A stretch of 64,000 nt of DNA from Paraspadella gotoi. Its lineage: Eukaryota; Animalia; Chaetognatha. Shown piece by piece: positions 1-14,631 of the stretch (its first letter is position 1; every line of letters begins with the position of its first letter). The translations under genes were made by a program, and so were the position numbers. Where the stretch lies: contig CM119271.1 in NCBI GenBank assembly GCA_051294375.1, positions 6,112,875-6,176,874 on the forward strand. The letters run 5' to 3'. The notes under the pieces were generated by a model that had not been told where the DNA came from, did not search any database, and saw only the letters and a program-made list of their open reading frames with translations.

Positions 1-1015
1 TCCTTTCGAGAAAGAGCGTCTCGACCAAGAGCTTAAGCTCATCGGAGAGTTCGGTCTTCGCAACAAGCGCGAAGTCTGGCGCGTCAAACTCGCTCTGGCC
101 AAAATCCGAAAATCCGCCAGGGTTCTGCTCACTCTCGACGAGAAAAATCCTCGCCGTCTCTTCGAGGGTGAGTTCAAATAAAAGTTATTGTGGCCGATTT
201 TCTTTACTTTCATACGTAGCTGAAATAGACCAGGAAATGGGCTGTTGATGACTCTTTGTTGTAGTCAATTCTGTTATAACCATTTACTATTTAGAACCAA
301 TTACTTTTTAAACCAGTGGCTGCGCCAATAAATGTAACAGTTCAGTTTAAGCCCTTGAATGAAAGCGATTTACATTTTAGTACTTAAAAAAAATATTTTG
401 TAAATCAAAACTATATTTTTTTTCTCGCATCATTTTTCTCATTTTTGTATTTGCATACTTTTTAAATTTGTTTACATTTAAAAAGATAATATTAATACTA
501 AATTGGTAGTTTGAAAACTTATATTTTAAATTTCAATAGGTAACGCTCTTCTTCGTCGTCTGGTGCGCATCGGTGTCTTGGACGAGTCGAAAATGAAGCT
601 TGATTACGTTTTGGGTCTTCGCATCGAAGACTTCCTGGAACGCAGATTGCAGACGCAAGTATTTAAGCTCGGTAAATGCACCCAAATTTTTGAAGGATCC
701 CTGGAACTGTCAACATTTCTATTCATCGTTTTTATCATCGTAAAATTTCGTTTTCCTTCCAAATATCGATCCTATTTCTTCCTTTATTCAGGCCTTGCAA
801 AGTCCATCCACCACGCCCGCGTGCTGATCCGACAGCGTCACATCCGCGTGCGCAAGCAGCTCGTCAACATCCCCTCGTTCATCGTGCGTCTCGACTCGCA
901 GAAGCACATCGACTTCAGCCTCAAGTCGCCCTACGGCGGCGGACCTCCCGGCCGAGTCAAGAGGATGAACGCTAAGAAGGGCACCAAGGGCGACGACGAT
1001 GAAGACGAGGATTAA
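1..1015 (+). CDS. RPS9: 40S ribosomal protein S9 (uS4), 5'-truncated by the window edge; exons <1-167, 540-671, 792-1015
   Basis: Spliced translation gives [28 protein letters not shown]...[66 protein letters not shown] introns at 168-539 and 672-791; AATAAA near 1125. Confidence 0.97.
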
Positions 1016-1550
1016 TTTGCGGCCACCGAATATCGTTTTGCCGCAAAACAAAGGAAACAAAACGAGAAAAAAATTAAACTGATAAATTTTCTGATTTGAG
1101 GTCATAAGTTTTATAATGTTTCCATAATAAAAGTTTGAAAGAAGTCACTTTTCCAGATTGTAATTAAGCATTTAGATTAAGCTTCCAAATTTTTTTCCTT
1201 TTCTACCTAGGTGGTTGAATATAAATAAACTTTGTTTGGCGCCTCAAAAAGAACCCAAAATATTCAACATGAGAACTAATTTATTACTTAATGATTCGTT
1301 TTGTTTTTGGTAAATTTATTTTATAGCCTTTTAGTTTTTTACCAGATTTTCGATCAAACTAGTGTGACGCGACATGGTACGAAAACGTTTTTCCACACTC
1401 GACCAACTCTTATCTCGAATGTTTCGTGCGCCGTTCGCTTCGTTTCTTCATCCCTAAGAGCTGTATTGGTGATAATTCTAGCTGCTTCTCTTAATCGTTA
1501 ATCAACACCATCTCGCCGTGGCCCCTGTTCTTGGCCAACCGGTCCCCGTC

Positions 1551-4500
1551 ATGGATGGGGGCAACCGTCGTGTTGCCGTCTCGTCCAAGCTGTTTGCCCA
1601 GACGGTGCTAGATCCGAAGGAAGCAGAGGACGAGCGGTTGGAGAGAGCCGAACGCGCCATCGCACACCTCGTCGGTGACTCCGCCTCCGAGAAGGAAGTG
1701 CACGACAACCTTCAAAAATATTCCTCTAAAGGGGCCCAACAAAACGAAGAGGTGTGCCTGGGTCTTCTTTACAGAATCCTCACGGGTTCCGCTGAGCCCA
1801 AGTTGAGCCAACAATACTTGAGAGACTTGAATCTGATCAGTCGCGACGGCGTCAAGCTGCCGATCGAGCGTGTTAACTACCTGATCCTCGAAAAGTTCCA
1901 CAAGCTCCTCGACGGTTCGAGGATGCAAGTCCTCTTCTTCGTGCGCGAGATGGTGCGCGCGGGGGTGGCGATGGCCGACATGCTCTGCTTCTCCCTCATG
2001 CGGCAGATAGCCGGTGGTGACGTGTCCCCGAAAAACATGTGGCTCGCCGATCAAGTACTCAGTTTGTTCGTCGACAACAAGCAGTGGTTCCTTTCGTTCC
2101 CAATTCTCCTCCAGACGGCGGTTTACACTTACCTCCGCGTGATCGTCGATCACCACGGGCCCCGCTTTGCAGCCTTGCGCCAGCGAGAAGTCGATTTCAC
2201 CGCCTCTATCATCAGGGAAAAGTTCGACGTCGTTATGGCCGTCGGACGAGACTTAGTTCGTCTTTTGCAGGGCGTGGCCCGCATCCCGGAGTTCGCCGCC
2301 ATCTGGACCTCGATACTTCACAACCCGTCCTCCCTCTCCTCAAACTTCTCCGGAGTCCCGCAGCTCATGCGCTGTCGAACTCGCCGGACTTTTATCCAGT
2401 GTCGTCTCACGCCCGACATGGAAAAGAAACTTACCTTTCTCACTTCGACGGTAAAGTTCGGCCAACAGAAAAGATACCAAGACTGGTTTCAACGAACTTA
2501 CTTGGGCACTCCGGAAAGCCAAAGCCTGCGCTGTGATCTAATTCGTTACATTTGCTGCATCATTCATCCCCCCAACGAGGTCCTCTGCTCGGACATTATT
2601 CCGCGTTGGGCGGTCATTGGTTGGCTGTTGACCACGTGCACCTCCAACGTTGATGCCTCCAACGCCAAACTCTCCCTCTTTTACGACTGGCTTTTTTTCG
2701 ATCCGGAGACGGACAACATCATGAATATTGAGCCCGCCATTCTCGTCATGTATCACTCCATTCGGCCGCATCCTTCAATCACCGCCACTTTAATAGATTT
2801 CCTTTGTCGCATCATGAAAAACTTTTCCATTCCGCTGGCGGACAAAGTGCGCAGCGGTATTCACAATGCCCTTCGCACTATAACATCGAAACGGGTCCTA
2901 CCATCACTCTCACCGCTTTTCGACAACCCCAAGTTGGACGAAGAGCTTCGGGGAATGGTTCGCGAAAGCTTCGGCGAGTTTTGTTCCAAAACCTCTGTAG
3001 AGGCCGGGAATAACTTGATTCCACAAGGCTTCGCTGCGCACCACGCCTCGCCCCATTCTCCTTCCCTCCCGCCCATCCACTCGGTTAACCACGTGGGTCC
3101 CGCTGCTTCCTCGAACTTCTCAACCTCCGCTATCGAGGATGTTGCGGATTCTCTCAACCACAAACTGTCGGAGAGCTCTGATATTGCTGAAGGAAAGTTT
3201 TCCGAGGATGAAGAAGACGTCGAACCTTCGCCGATCGTCGTCGCGGAAGAAAAAACACCCAAAGTACCTCCTCTCCCCTCCAAGAGAAACGCTTCGACGC
3301 CGTCACAGCTCCTAAACTCTTCGGAACTCGCTGCCACGAGGGCGCGCCTTCATTCCACGACACGATTGCTGATGGCGCCGATAGACATCGAGCCGTTTAT
3401 TGCTCAGGTCGAGAGCCAGAGTTTGAAGGACGAGATTCTCGCTTACATCGCTTCTGACGACGAGGAAGAAAACTGTGGAATTATGGAGAGGATCGTCCAG
3501 GAGATACTCGGCGACGACGATTTCGCCGATTCGGAGGTCGCCGCACCCATCGCTGCCATTTTGTGCCAGTTGCTCATAGACGTTTTCAATAGCGACATCT
3601 TTCCCCAAGAGTTGACGGAAGATGCGATGGCGGCTTCGGTAGAATCGCCGCTCTTCGTCATCTTTCGCATTCTGGAAACTATGGCGGAAGAAGATCCGAG
3701 TCGTAGTACACTTTTGACCTTAATCACGGAAATGCACAAGCGGCAACGAAAAATCGGATATCTGATGCTCTACTTTCTTAAAGTCGACAAGAGCCACGAC
3801 AGCAATCACGAAGACGGCAAAATGGCTCCTTACCGCGACTTTATCAAGTCCATAATCGAATCGGGTTCGGCGTCTTCGACGGACCTCGGCTCTGATTGTT
3901 CCGACATTTCCTCGTGCCTTCTGTCCGACCTGCGCTGCTGTGTCGACGACGACGCACGTATATTTTGCCTCCTTTTGCCGGACATTTACGCTCAGTTTTC
4001 GGGGTCAGCATTGGGCAACGCGGATCTGATACATCTTGTAGTGTCGTCCATCGACGCTGCTCAGCTCCAAGACATAGTTTGCCACGTCTTGCTTGGTCAT
4101 CTCACCATGTTTCGCAAGGAGAACCTCATGGGCATCCTCAACGCGTCTCTCGACTGGGAGTCCATAGAGCAAATTTTTCTTTGGCAGATCGTGGCCGCCC
4201 ACGATTGCGTCTCGGCCGAGCATGTGTTGCCGCTATTGCCGAAGCTGGAGTACACGCAGCACGCGGAGGCACTGACTTCCCTGTTGCTCCTTCTCAAACG
4301 GGAAACGCCCACCTTGGAACTGGTCAGGCACGTGTTCAATCGAGAGCAGAAGGACGGCGATATCTTCGTCATTTCTATTCTTCGTCACTGGGTGGCGGAC
4401 CATGAGGAGAAGCTTGCCCAACTTGTCCAACAGCAATTTCAAAAGTCCTTGCAGACTCAACCCTCGAACCCGTTGTCCTCTCCACGGAAAAGGCTTTCCG

Positions 4501-5820
4501 CCAGTGCCGTCCAGTCCTTCGCTGGCGCCCGTAGCCACGGCGCCGGATCGAACGGCGAACCTACCGTCGAGACGATCCTCGCCCACCTGGAGCATCTTAG
4601 ACGAACTTGCCCATCCAATCTTAACACATTCTTCTTCAGGGACTCTCTCCAGTCGGCGCTAAGTCAGGTAATAACCTTATAACTGCTCTTACTCTATATT
4701 AAATCACAATTTTTGGTTCAAAAAGTATACGTTTCGTAAAAGAGCGGCGGGCGTTTTGTAAATTATTAACATAAATTAACTTCGGTTTAATTTTGCATCC
4801 CCGCTGTCTTTAAACAAATCACATCTTTGTTATTTTTATCCTGCACGTAAGTTACAAGTTATGATCATCTTTTTTACCTTCTGTTTACGAATTGTCCTTT
4901 ATAAATTTTTTTGGATTCGTGAACCAAATCGCCGACCACAAATTATTTTTACACAAATCTTAGTTAGGGTTTAATTTAATTAAAGACATAGAATCGTTAT
5001 TAGTTAAGGCGTGGTTTAGCTGGTTATTTTTATCTGTTCGTCATTAACCGATTGGTGTCCTCGGTCTATTTCGGTTTTTTCATAATTATTTTAATCGCCA
5101 ATAAAATTGGATGAATTTGGCTCTCCGATTTTCCCTCATCCATCCGTAACACGTTTCGTTGCTTTTGTTATCCCCCACTCTATGCACCAACCTATTATTT
5201 TTTGTTTGCCTCGCCACTCAATGGGTGTCCTTTCCCGACAACAGGTCCAACAGGCATGCAGTGAGGCGCAGAAGATGCGATACAGTGACCTCCTCTCTTT
5301 GGCCGACGACTTCGAGGATCCACGCGTCACGCGCAACCTCCGCCACGTGGCAGCACGGAGAGCTAATCAGGCGGCCGCAAATTCCACCGGCGGCTCCGGG
5401 ACGACCACGGGACGACAGCATGCCGCTTCAAGTTAGTTCTTTCATTATTCAAGTTGAAAGTTTATAAAATGCTTCTTTGCTTAAAGCTCATACTTAAGTT
5501 TCTATTTCATTATAATTCCTATTATTGTGATGAAATAAGAAAGCGGAATATGAATTATATATCTTCTTCCCTTTTTTTTTAAAGACAATAATTCTTCAGA
5601 ACGAAGGGGGCTGAAGCGCGATCGAGCTGGCTCCAAATCCAGTCGATCGTCCGCGAGAAGCGGCTTCGCCGAGGACGAGGAATCTGACGACAGCGATAAC
5701 GACGACGATGGCTCTTCATCGTCGTCTTCGAGCGACAGCGAGGAGGAACAGAGCGGCAAAACCCTGCCGCCAAGAAAAAGAAATCCCCCTCCCTTACCCG
5801 ATAAAATCAACTTGTTTTAG
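1551..5820 (+). CDS. INTS3: Integrator complex subunit 3 (SOSS-A); exons 1551-4667, 5245-5431, 5585-5820
   Basis: Conserved motifs VKFGQQKRYQDWFQRTYL, SLRCDLIRYICCIIHPPNEVLCSDIIPRWAVIGWLL, NIMNIEPAILVM and SLDWESIEQ. Exon 2 reads VQQACSEAQKMRYSDLLSLA. Phases are consistent across GT-AG introns and the tail is acidic/Ser-rich. First ATG is at 1551 (the ORF-track GTG start is not used). Confidence 0.93.
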
Positions 5821-6441
5821 GCATTAAAGTTATTTCTTTTTAGTTTTTCAAACGTATTAAAAAAAAAATGGGGGAAAAAATTAAAGAAAGCTTTCGGACG
5901 CTAATCTTTTCTGAAAAAAAATTGTAACTTGATATACCATACTCAATCACAAGGCGTTACATAATTTATGCTCTTAATTTTTTTTTTTTCAGTCATACTT
6001 ATTACTTTGTTTGTTTTATCTTTCAACTCCAGATTATATGTTTTCTTTTTCTTTCGCGATTATTTTTAATATACTTTTTAACCAATTCATGATCTATTGT
6101 GTTATAATCCTCAATGCCATAAATTGTTTCACACAAATTTGCATTAGTAAATTTCGTCAATGCCTATTTTCCAAGAAAAAAAAAGAAATTGTGATTGATA
6201 TGTTTTTTCTGCATTTTTAAACAAAAATAGTAATGTGACGTTTTTGCAAATAGAATCAATTTACTCACTTCGATGTCCTCCTTCCCGATGGTTTAGTGCC
6301 GAAGACGAAGAGGTTTTATTCGCGTCTCCAGCCACATCAAAATTCAGAAACTTGAGATGGAGTAAATCCCAGAGATCCCAACTTTAAAAGCCTCGTACAT
6401 ATTCCTGCCTCTTCACCCGACTTTTACTTTTCCGACAAACG

Positions 6442-9400
6442 ATGATGGCGGAATTATCTCAGGCCTCCGTTATGTCGATCGTCGGCTCTTCCACGGATGA
6501 CCCCACCTTGCAACCCCGTGCCTTGGAGTGCTTCGAAAGCCTTAAATCGCACCAAGGCGGTTGGACCCTCTGCGCCGAGATCCTCGCCACGGGTGCTGCC
6601 GATCCCTCCTGTAATGATCATGTCAAGTTCTTCTGCTTTCAAGTCATCGAACACCACGTGCGCCATCGCTATCAGGCCTCGGACGAGACTGAAATGATGC
6701 GCCAGGCCCTCATGACCTGGCTCTCTGTCATCGAGTCAGCTCCAAGAGAAGAGGCCGTCTTCATCCGCAACAAGGCGGCACAGGTCTTCTCTTTGGCCTG
6801 CGTTGCTGATTTCCCCGCTAGATGGCCATCTTTTTTTGCCGACATCATGAGCCTAAACCAAAGAGGCCCTCGTATGGTCGACATGTTTTACCGCATCCTC
6901 AAAGCTATCGATAGCGAAGTGGTCGACCGCGAGATCCCCCACTCGCCGGCCGAAGCCGATCGCAACACTCTGATTAAGGACGCCATGAGGGACCACGCCG
7001 TTGGCGATTTGGTAGAAAACTGGTACGCCACTATCATCCGCTTCGAAAATACTGACGCAGATATCACGCGCATGTGTCTTCAAGTTATTGGTGCTTATGT
7101 TTCCTGGATCGACATTTCCCTTATAGCCAACGATCGGTTCGTCGCTATCCTTCTTCGTCATCTCCAAACTCCACAGCTGAGGGAATCATCGGCCGATTGC
7201 TTATGCTACATTATCGCTAAGGGCATGGAGCCCGTGGCCAAGATCAAGCTAGTCGAGAGCTATATGATCGTCTTGGAAGAGTCGAACCTCGTGGTTCCGT
7301 CCGCGGAGGAGGAAACCGACTTCGTGATCAAGATGGCGTCGTTGATGAACTGCGTTGGCATTCAACTCATTGACTGTTGGCGAAAAGTTGTTCGTGTTGC
7401 TGATCGCCGCAATGCCTCGGACTGCCTCACCGCTATCGAAAAGAAGATCCCTTACTTGCTGCGCTTTTTTTCTGACGATGATGACGACGTCTCCCTCGCC
7501 GTTTGCCCCTTCGCTTACGAGTACATTGCCACGGTCAAGCAGCTCAATCCCATGTCCGACCAACAGCGGTCAAATGTAGTCCGCATACTTCACGCTTGCG
7601 TTGCCAAAATGAAATACGACCAAGACTATGATTTTGATAGTGAGGGAGAGGAAGAGGCCGAGTTCGAAGAGTACAGAAAGCAACTCAAGGTCATCTTCGA
7701 CTTCGTGGCCAAGCTGGAACCGGATCTGGTTCTGCAAACCGTTCACTCCATCGTCACCAACGCACTCAATCAATGGAACACTTTGAGTTTTCGCGACGTG
7801 GAGGTCGCAATCCGCCTGCTTTACAACGTGGCCGAGGCACTGCCGACCGTCGGAGGTGCCCACTTCACCGGCGACACGCCCAAAGCTACGGCCATGGTTG
7901 ACATGATGTCCACGTTAATCGCCTCGACCGTCTCTCGACTCGATCACGTCGCCGTTGTTTTGCAATATTTCGAAACCGTCGTCCGCTATCATCGTTTCTT
8001 TTCCACCAATCAGGCCTTCCTGCCTGACGTGCTCGTCTCCTTTATCGACGAACGGGGTCTTCGTCATCGCGATCCCAAGGTTCGTGGGCGTGTTTCCTAT
8101 CTTTTCACGCGATTCGTCAAAGAGGTCCGACCCCTCATGAATGAATTCACCGAGGATATACTTGATAGAATTAAGGATCTTTTGGTGATTCTGCCTCCCT
8201 CCGACGTTCCCGTTGCCCCTCGTGAACCTAAACCCCACGGGGTCAAGGAATTATTACGCAACGGGGTTGGTGGAAACCGTCCGTCGCCCAGCCCGTCTCC
8301 AGCTTTAACCAACGGTTCTTCGATGGCGCCGGCCCTCCATCCGGACGACCAGATGTACATTTTCGAAGTCGCTGGCATACTCATCGTCAACAGCGATTAC
8401 GTGGCGGAGAAAAAGAAAAAACTCATGCACGACCTTATGTCACCATTAGTCACCCAGTTTGGGCCTCTGCTGAGACAGATGGAAACACTGGAAAACGAAG
8501 AGCACCAGAAGGCCTATGCCGAATGTCTCACCATAGCCGTGAACTTCGCTGCTAGGGTATCAAAGGCCTTCTCCAATCAGCAAACCATGAAGATGTGCGG
8601 GTAAATAATGGTTAATTTGTTTTCTTGATGGCATGAAGGGAGTTTAGATATGATTTTAGCGCTTCGAAACGAAATATTTCACACAAGGTAATCTAAATGA
8701 AGTTTTTTTATTGTCCTTAGGTGCACTCCTGCTTTCGTGGAGACCCTTCGTGTTTTTCTCACCGCGTTTGACGCGACCGTTCAGCGTCACACGGTCCTGT
8801 CCGCCGTCCGCACCTTTTTCCACCGAATGGTCGTTTGTCTCGATGATGAGATCATGGACTTCGTTCCCGTCACCGTCGATTACCTTCTCCGCAGCAGCGA
8901 CTCAAAATCCGTCGTTGACTTCGTCCCCCTACTCTCCCAGATTATCTGCAAGTTTAAAAAAAAACTAATCCCTTATTTTCAGCACGTCTTCATGCCTATC
9001 ATCCACAAAATGTGGATCCTGATGGCCGAGCAGCCCGTCGACGATACTGACTCTGTACTCCGATCCGAGCGCGAGGCTCTTCGCCGCGCCTACTTCACCT
9101 TCCTTCAAACTGTCGTCACGCAAGACGTTATCGAAGTCATCTCCTCTCAGGACCCCGGCGACGCGCAGCGAGTATTACAGACGGTCGTGCAGGGCGCCGT
9201 CGAACTGCCCGACCCCGTTACCCAAAAGATCTGTTTCAGCATTCTTCGCACTTTGGTGGAGAAATGGGGAGATGGGAACTCGAACGCCACCGAGTCTGAC
9301 GGATTCCGCGTCTTTATTTACGACGAGATCGTGCCCGCCTGCTTCCGCGCCCCGTTGCAGCCGCACTTCGACCTCAACGACGCCCAGTACTCGTTGGCTG

Positions 9401-9612
9401 CCGGAGAGTGCGCCATGTGCCTCAAGACTTTGCACGAAAAGCGCGGAAACGAACTCGTGGATCACCTCAACAACAACGTCTTCAACGCACCCAGCTTCGG
9501 AACGGACGTGGCCGAGCAGTTCGCTACGGCTATCAGGAGAGAACCGAAGGAGTTTAAAAGGTTTCTCGGCAATTTCTTCAAGATGGCCCGAACCTCGACG
9601 AGAGCCTCTTGA
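6442..9612 (+). CDS. XPOT: Exportin-T (tRNA nuclear export receptor); exons 6442-8600, 8721-9612
   Basis: Motifs DHVKFFCFQV, FIRNKAAQVF, AIDSEVVDR, RNTLIKDAMR, GAYVSWIDISLIAND, EEEAEFEEYRKQLK and FFHRMVVCL. A single GT-AG intron (8601-8720) joins the two ORFs in frame (TMKMCG|CTPAF). Confidence 0.95.
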
Positions 9613-10846
9613 CGTCGGCCCGCTTCGAGTGGGACGGGATTGTCGGGACACGGTCACATACGCCGAAGTCTGTTTTTGATACTCAGTTGATTTTACAACC
9701 AACATTTATCCTTTATTTTAAGGGATGATTGGAAAGTGACAATACTTGACGTCGTTGAGCAATTATTTAAATGTAATTCGTTATGATAATTATTAAATTT
9801 GGGAATGAATTTGACAGTGGCGTTGCTACTCTTTTAATAGAAAGTGTAGTAAATAAAAATTCGTCATTTTGCCATACATTGTGATACAATTTTTGTTTTG
9901 GTACTTTTTGTTAAATTTTGTTACCGTCGAATTTTTTTTGGAAAAAATTTGGTGAAAACCATTTCACGATGATTCTATTGAAATTTAGTTTTTAGACGTA
10001 TTGTTAATATCATTTGAATTTAACAGAAGCTAGTTTATTTTCAATGAAATATTAATCTATATTTTTGTACTTACTAGGTCGTTTTACGTACGTAACCGGT
10101 ACTTATTAATAATTGTAATAAGAACATTATTTTTTTAAAAACTTGAATCTGATAGTAATTCTTAAATAGATAAGCATGAATTATTAAAATGTAAAATTTC
10201 CAGATAAAAAACCGTTATCATTACATTAAAAAGCAATAACATGATGGGCTCATTATTATTCAAAACTTGAGACGTTAATAACCTCCTTAATTCAGTCAAA
10301 AACAGGAAAAAAATAAATAAATATTTAAAAATTTGTTTTTTAGATAGTACTGTAACTTGTTTAAAATAATGTATTAATTTCCTAAAATAAGATATTGAGT
10401 TTGTGCATATCATTTGATTTTATTTAGATTTTTAGAAGTCATTTCATAATTATTTTTTTCAAAATTAGGAAAAGAAGGTATAGTACATACATAATGTAAT
10501 ACATATATAATACATAACATAGAATACAAATGAGATTAAAGGTATTTTACGTACCGTGACGTTAAAAAATGTAAGTCAATCATTCGTTCAATTTTTTTTC
10601 GTGAATCATGGGTAGACTTAGATGCATTTGTCAGCCATTCAATCAGTTAAATTTTTTTCTCAAATACATACATACATTCCGTCTGTTGCGGTATTTGCTC
10701 GGTCGTGAATCACGCTTAACTTTGGTTTGATAGAATAAGAAAATTTATAACATTTAAAAAAAAATTTCAGGCCTTGTTACTGATAAAAGATTGAAAAGAG
10801 AAGAAGTTGATAACAAATTTAGTCTCCGCTGCGATTTACCATCATT

Positions 10847-13558
10847 ATGCTTCCGGCATCGGAACATCTTTCTTCGTCTGGTTCTTCCATTGAAGATGGT
10901 GCGACATTTCCCGACTCAACGCCTCTGGAGAATCCCGTTTTGGATGTCCCGGAAGACGACAGTTGGGATGAGGAATACATAAATTTTACGTCTTACGAAA
11001 CCGGACCTGGCAAGACTTTTCAGGAACAACGTCGCCTCGGCAACGAGGATAACCCCAAGCTAAAAATATCGAACGTTCCCAAAGGAACGAAAGGCGCCGC
11101 CTTGAGGCGAGAATGCGAAACTTACGGGACTGTGGTCGACCTTCGCCTCGTGCCCGACAATAGCGACGATGAGAAACCCTGGCACGCCTTCGTCACTTTC
11201 GCGACCATGGCGGGAGCGTTGGCTGCCCTTCATCATTTCGAAAATTTTCGTATTGGAAATCATAAGATTAGGGCTGTCGTAGCTAAGACCAAAGAGCAGA
11301 AGATGCTCGAGAAAGAGGAGAGACGAAAGACAAACGAGCTCCTCCGGGAATGCGGCTACACCGACGTCCGCGACGACGTATTTCGAGTGACGGAAAAAAT
11401 TTGTGCTCTCTGCGGTCGAGACGATGAAAATCTGAAAAACCTGAGCCTCAAAAAGTGCACGGGTTGCAATAAGGTCTACTACTGTTCTAAACAGTGCGCG
11501 AGCAAACACCGACTCAAGCATAAAAGCTCTTGTTCGTCCTCGGTGGTTCATCGTGCCTCAAGACCCGCATTTCCGTCCGCCGTCTTCAAAACATTTGAAA
11601 ACAACGCGTCTTACTCGGCTATAGTGTGGAACGTATTCTCTCCCGATGCCTTTGGACTGATTCCGGACGACGACGAACCAGCTGATTATTTTTTCATGAA
11701 CGAACAAATCGAAGAGTTCGCCAACGGCGCCGCAATCCACGAGGTCATCGATAGGCCTAACATTGGAGAGCTCGTTATCGCGCGGTCCGAAGCGGAAGAT
11801 GCGCACCGACGCGCGGTCGTCGTCGATATTCACGACGCCGTCGTCGACCTGTGGTTCGTCGACGAGGGCATTGCCGAAACGGGCCTTAATGTCAAGGAGC
11901 TCTTACCTATCCGCGAATTTGTTGATTTTTTGAGAAATTTCAAAAGAAATGGCGACTTAGCTTGGCTCAACGTCGATCGTTTCAAAAGAATGCCAGCCCG
12001 AGTGATTCCTTGCTTTCTTCATGCCATCGACCCCGATACAGGTTCGTTTGCATGAATCGTTGGAAGGTGGTAAAAATGTGGTGATTGAAATTCTGTTGCT
12101 GCAATATTTTTTTGGGATTAATTTTTAAGTTTTGTACCTACATATTTTTTTTTTTTTTTTTTTTTTTTGTCCAGGGAGGTCCCGAAAGTTGGAGCCAATA
12201 ACTTCCGAGGTCACAAATTCGTGGTCTGACGAAGCCATCTCTGTGATGAAGAAATTAACATCCCAAACGTTCGACGTCGTAGCTGTTCATCGAAGCGGCG
12301 ACGTTTTTCCGAAATGGGGCGTCCAGTTGTCTAAGGATTTGGGAGACATTTTCTTTGACGTCGGGGAAACTTTCGTCGAAGAGGGAATGGCGGATTTCGA
12401 ACCCGATCCTGATATGGATGGATCGATTGAAAAATTGTCTCTCGTTCGAGTTTTGCCAGAAACTGTCCCACGCCTCCCGATCTTTAACGGCCCTGTGCTC
12501 GTTACACATTTCGAGTCTCCCTCTCGCTTCTACGCTGTTAACATCCCCGCCGGCGTCGCCGAATTGGAACGAATGCCAGCCCCCCTAGCCAAATGTGTCG
12601 AGAACGCGAAGCCGTTCAGTCTCGAAGACCCGCCCTCCGTTGGGGACCTCGTCATTGCACCTTTAGACCGCATCCTCGCCCGTGCTACTGTTCTCGATTG
12701 GCCCGAAAGGGAGCTCCTTTCCTTGTTCTTCATAGATTGGGGCTCGACGAAGTTGGTTCCTCTGTCCTCTGTCTATCCCTCTGTCGCTGAGATTGCTTCA
12801 TTCGCCTGTCCGACGACCCTCTGCGGTGTGGTTCCCGAAGATCTTGACGTCGTCGGCGGCGAGGATATCGCTCGCGCTTTTATGAAAAGCAGCGCGGGCC
12901 TCAAAATAATCATCGCCTCCCGTAAGGAATACGAATCCGAGCCTCGATGCCTTGTCACTCTCTCCGACGGAAATGGCGTCCAAATGCGCAACGTCGTTCA
13001 CCGTCTTCTCGGCCTTCCGCGTCTCCGCGACCTCAACCTGCGCAGGGATCTCTTCCTGAAAGAGTTCAGCTGCGAAGTCCGATTCTTCGACGACGTTCTC
13101 GTCGATTTTGTCGTCGTGGCGCTGGAAACCTCGGAAAAGCTCCAGCGACTAGAGGAAGAGCTAGCGTGTTTCTTTCCTCGCGTGACGGAGGAGAATTATT
13201 TTTTGCCCCGTGCCGGTCGCGTCGTCGTGGGGATGAACGATCGAGGGGACGTGAGACGGTACGAGTTGATGGAAGACGCGCGGGACACAAATCAAATCAT
13301 CAAGGTATTGTTAGGCATAGCCGATGAAATTTAAACAATGTTAAAATAATCTATCATGGAATTAAAATGTTTTTTTGTCAAAAATGTTTTCTTCTGAAGG
13401 TACTATATATAATATATTATTAATATATTAAGAAAACGAAAGTTTTAAATGCAAAAACAACGATTTTTAATACAAGAACGTACATGTTTCGACTCATTGG
13501 TTCGAGTCTTCTTCAGCGTTTTGATTTTAGCAAAATTTTTATTACAAACATTGAGTTG

Positions 13559-13615
<57 letters not shown>

Positions 13616-13704
13616 TGTTTCCAACAAAGAATTGATCGCCTTTTTGATGATTAATTTTGGGTGTATGAAGCTGAAAATTTATAAATGTTTTGTTTACGAT
13701 TTGG

Positions 13705-13770
<66 letters not shown>

Positions 13771-14499
13771 GTTTTTATAAAAAAAAAATTGAATTAGGAT
13801 TGAATTAGGCATCGCATTCGTGCATGTTATCATTTTGCTATCGCAACATCGGGTTTTTATTTCGTTCTTTCTTCTCGTCACTCTCTATTTATTTTTATTT
13901 TTCTTTCTATTCTTTCTTTCCTTTTTATTCTTTCTTTCTTTTCTATTCTTTCTTTCCTTTCTATTTTTTCTTTATATTTATTATTTTCTGTTTAAAAATT
14001 AATTTTCTTTTCTCAAATTTGATTTTTTTTAGTATCAAAATTTGTCTTCAATCCAGATTTTTCTTATGCGATTGCAACGATATGCTTTTAATATTTTTTC
14101 TTTTTTTTTTTTGATTGCGACCATTTTCAAGTCTTTAACACAGAGTTTTTAATAAACCCCGTAACATTTAACCCTGGTCCACTACCCCCCAAACAATTGG
14201 CTACGTAGGTTCGATGCATCGACTACGGATTCGAAGAGTCAATCTCCGTTTCCTCATTACGTCGCCTCCCGCCATCTGGAGATATTGCCGACATACCCGT
14301 GCAGACCTTCCACTCTCGTTTGAAAGATGCTCCGGTTCCTGGATCCCCAGACGCCGATCATGTTGCTCACTTAATAAAGGATGCCGTCGAATGTGGCAGT
14401 CCGATTTCTTGTCGATTCGACCGAATATTGGAGAAAATCTTTGTCGTTGAACTCTTCGTTAATGGTCAAAACATTAAGGAAATGCGTCGTAATTATTAG
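10847..14499 (+). CDS. RRM + MYND zinc finger + three extended Tudor domains; Vreteno/Veneno/TDRD1-like germline piRNA-pathway protein; exons 10847-12041, 12175-13304, 14209-14499
   Basis: RRM (LKISNVP...AFVTFAT), MYND (CALCG...CTGCNKVYYCSKQCASKHRLKHKSSC) and Tudor cores LWFVDEG, FFIDWGS and VRCIDYGFEE, the last reconstituted across intron 13305-14208. Confidence 0.8.
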
Positions 14500-14631
14500 A
14501 ATTATTGTTAAATTCTTTTCTAATTCAGTATATAATTGCATGAATTATTTTCACTTTTATTAAGTTCGAAGCCTTTTTTTTTTCTAGAAAAGCTTCCATT
14601 ATTATTGATTATCGCATTCAGTCATGTTAGT

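Noticed and set aside
168-539. Possible intronic snoRNA in RPS9 (TGATGA at ~246)
   Set aside because: No downstream D box with a terminal stem and no clear H/ACA architecture could be identified by eye.
9610-9690. Possible stop-codon read-through after the XPOT TGA-C
   Set aside because: The context is not the UGA-CUA(G) motif, the extension is short, and there is no conservation evidence.
1608-9705. Long antisense ORFs opposite INTS3 and XPOT
   Set aside because: These are shadow ORFs expected from GC3-rich codon usage and show no recognisable domains.
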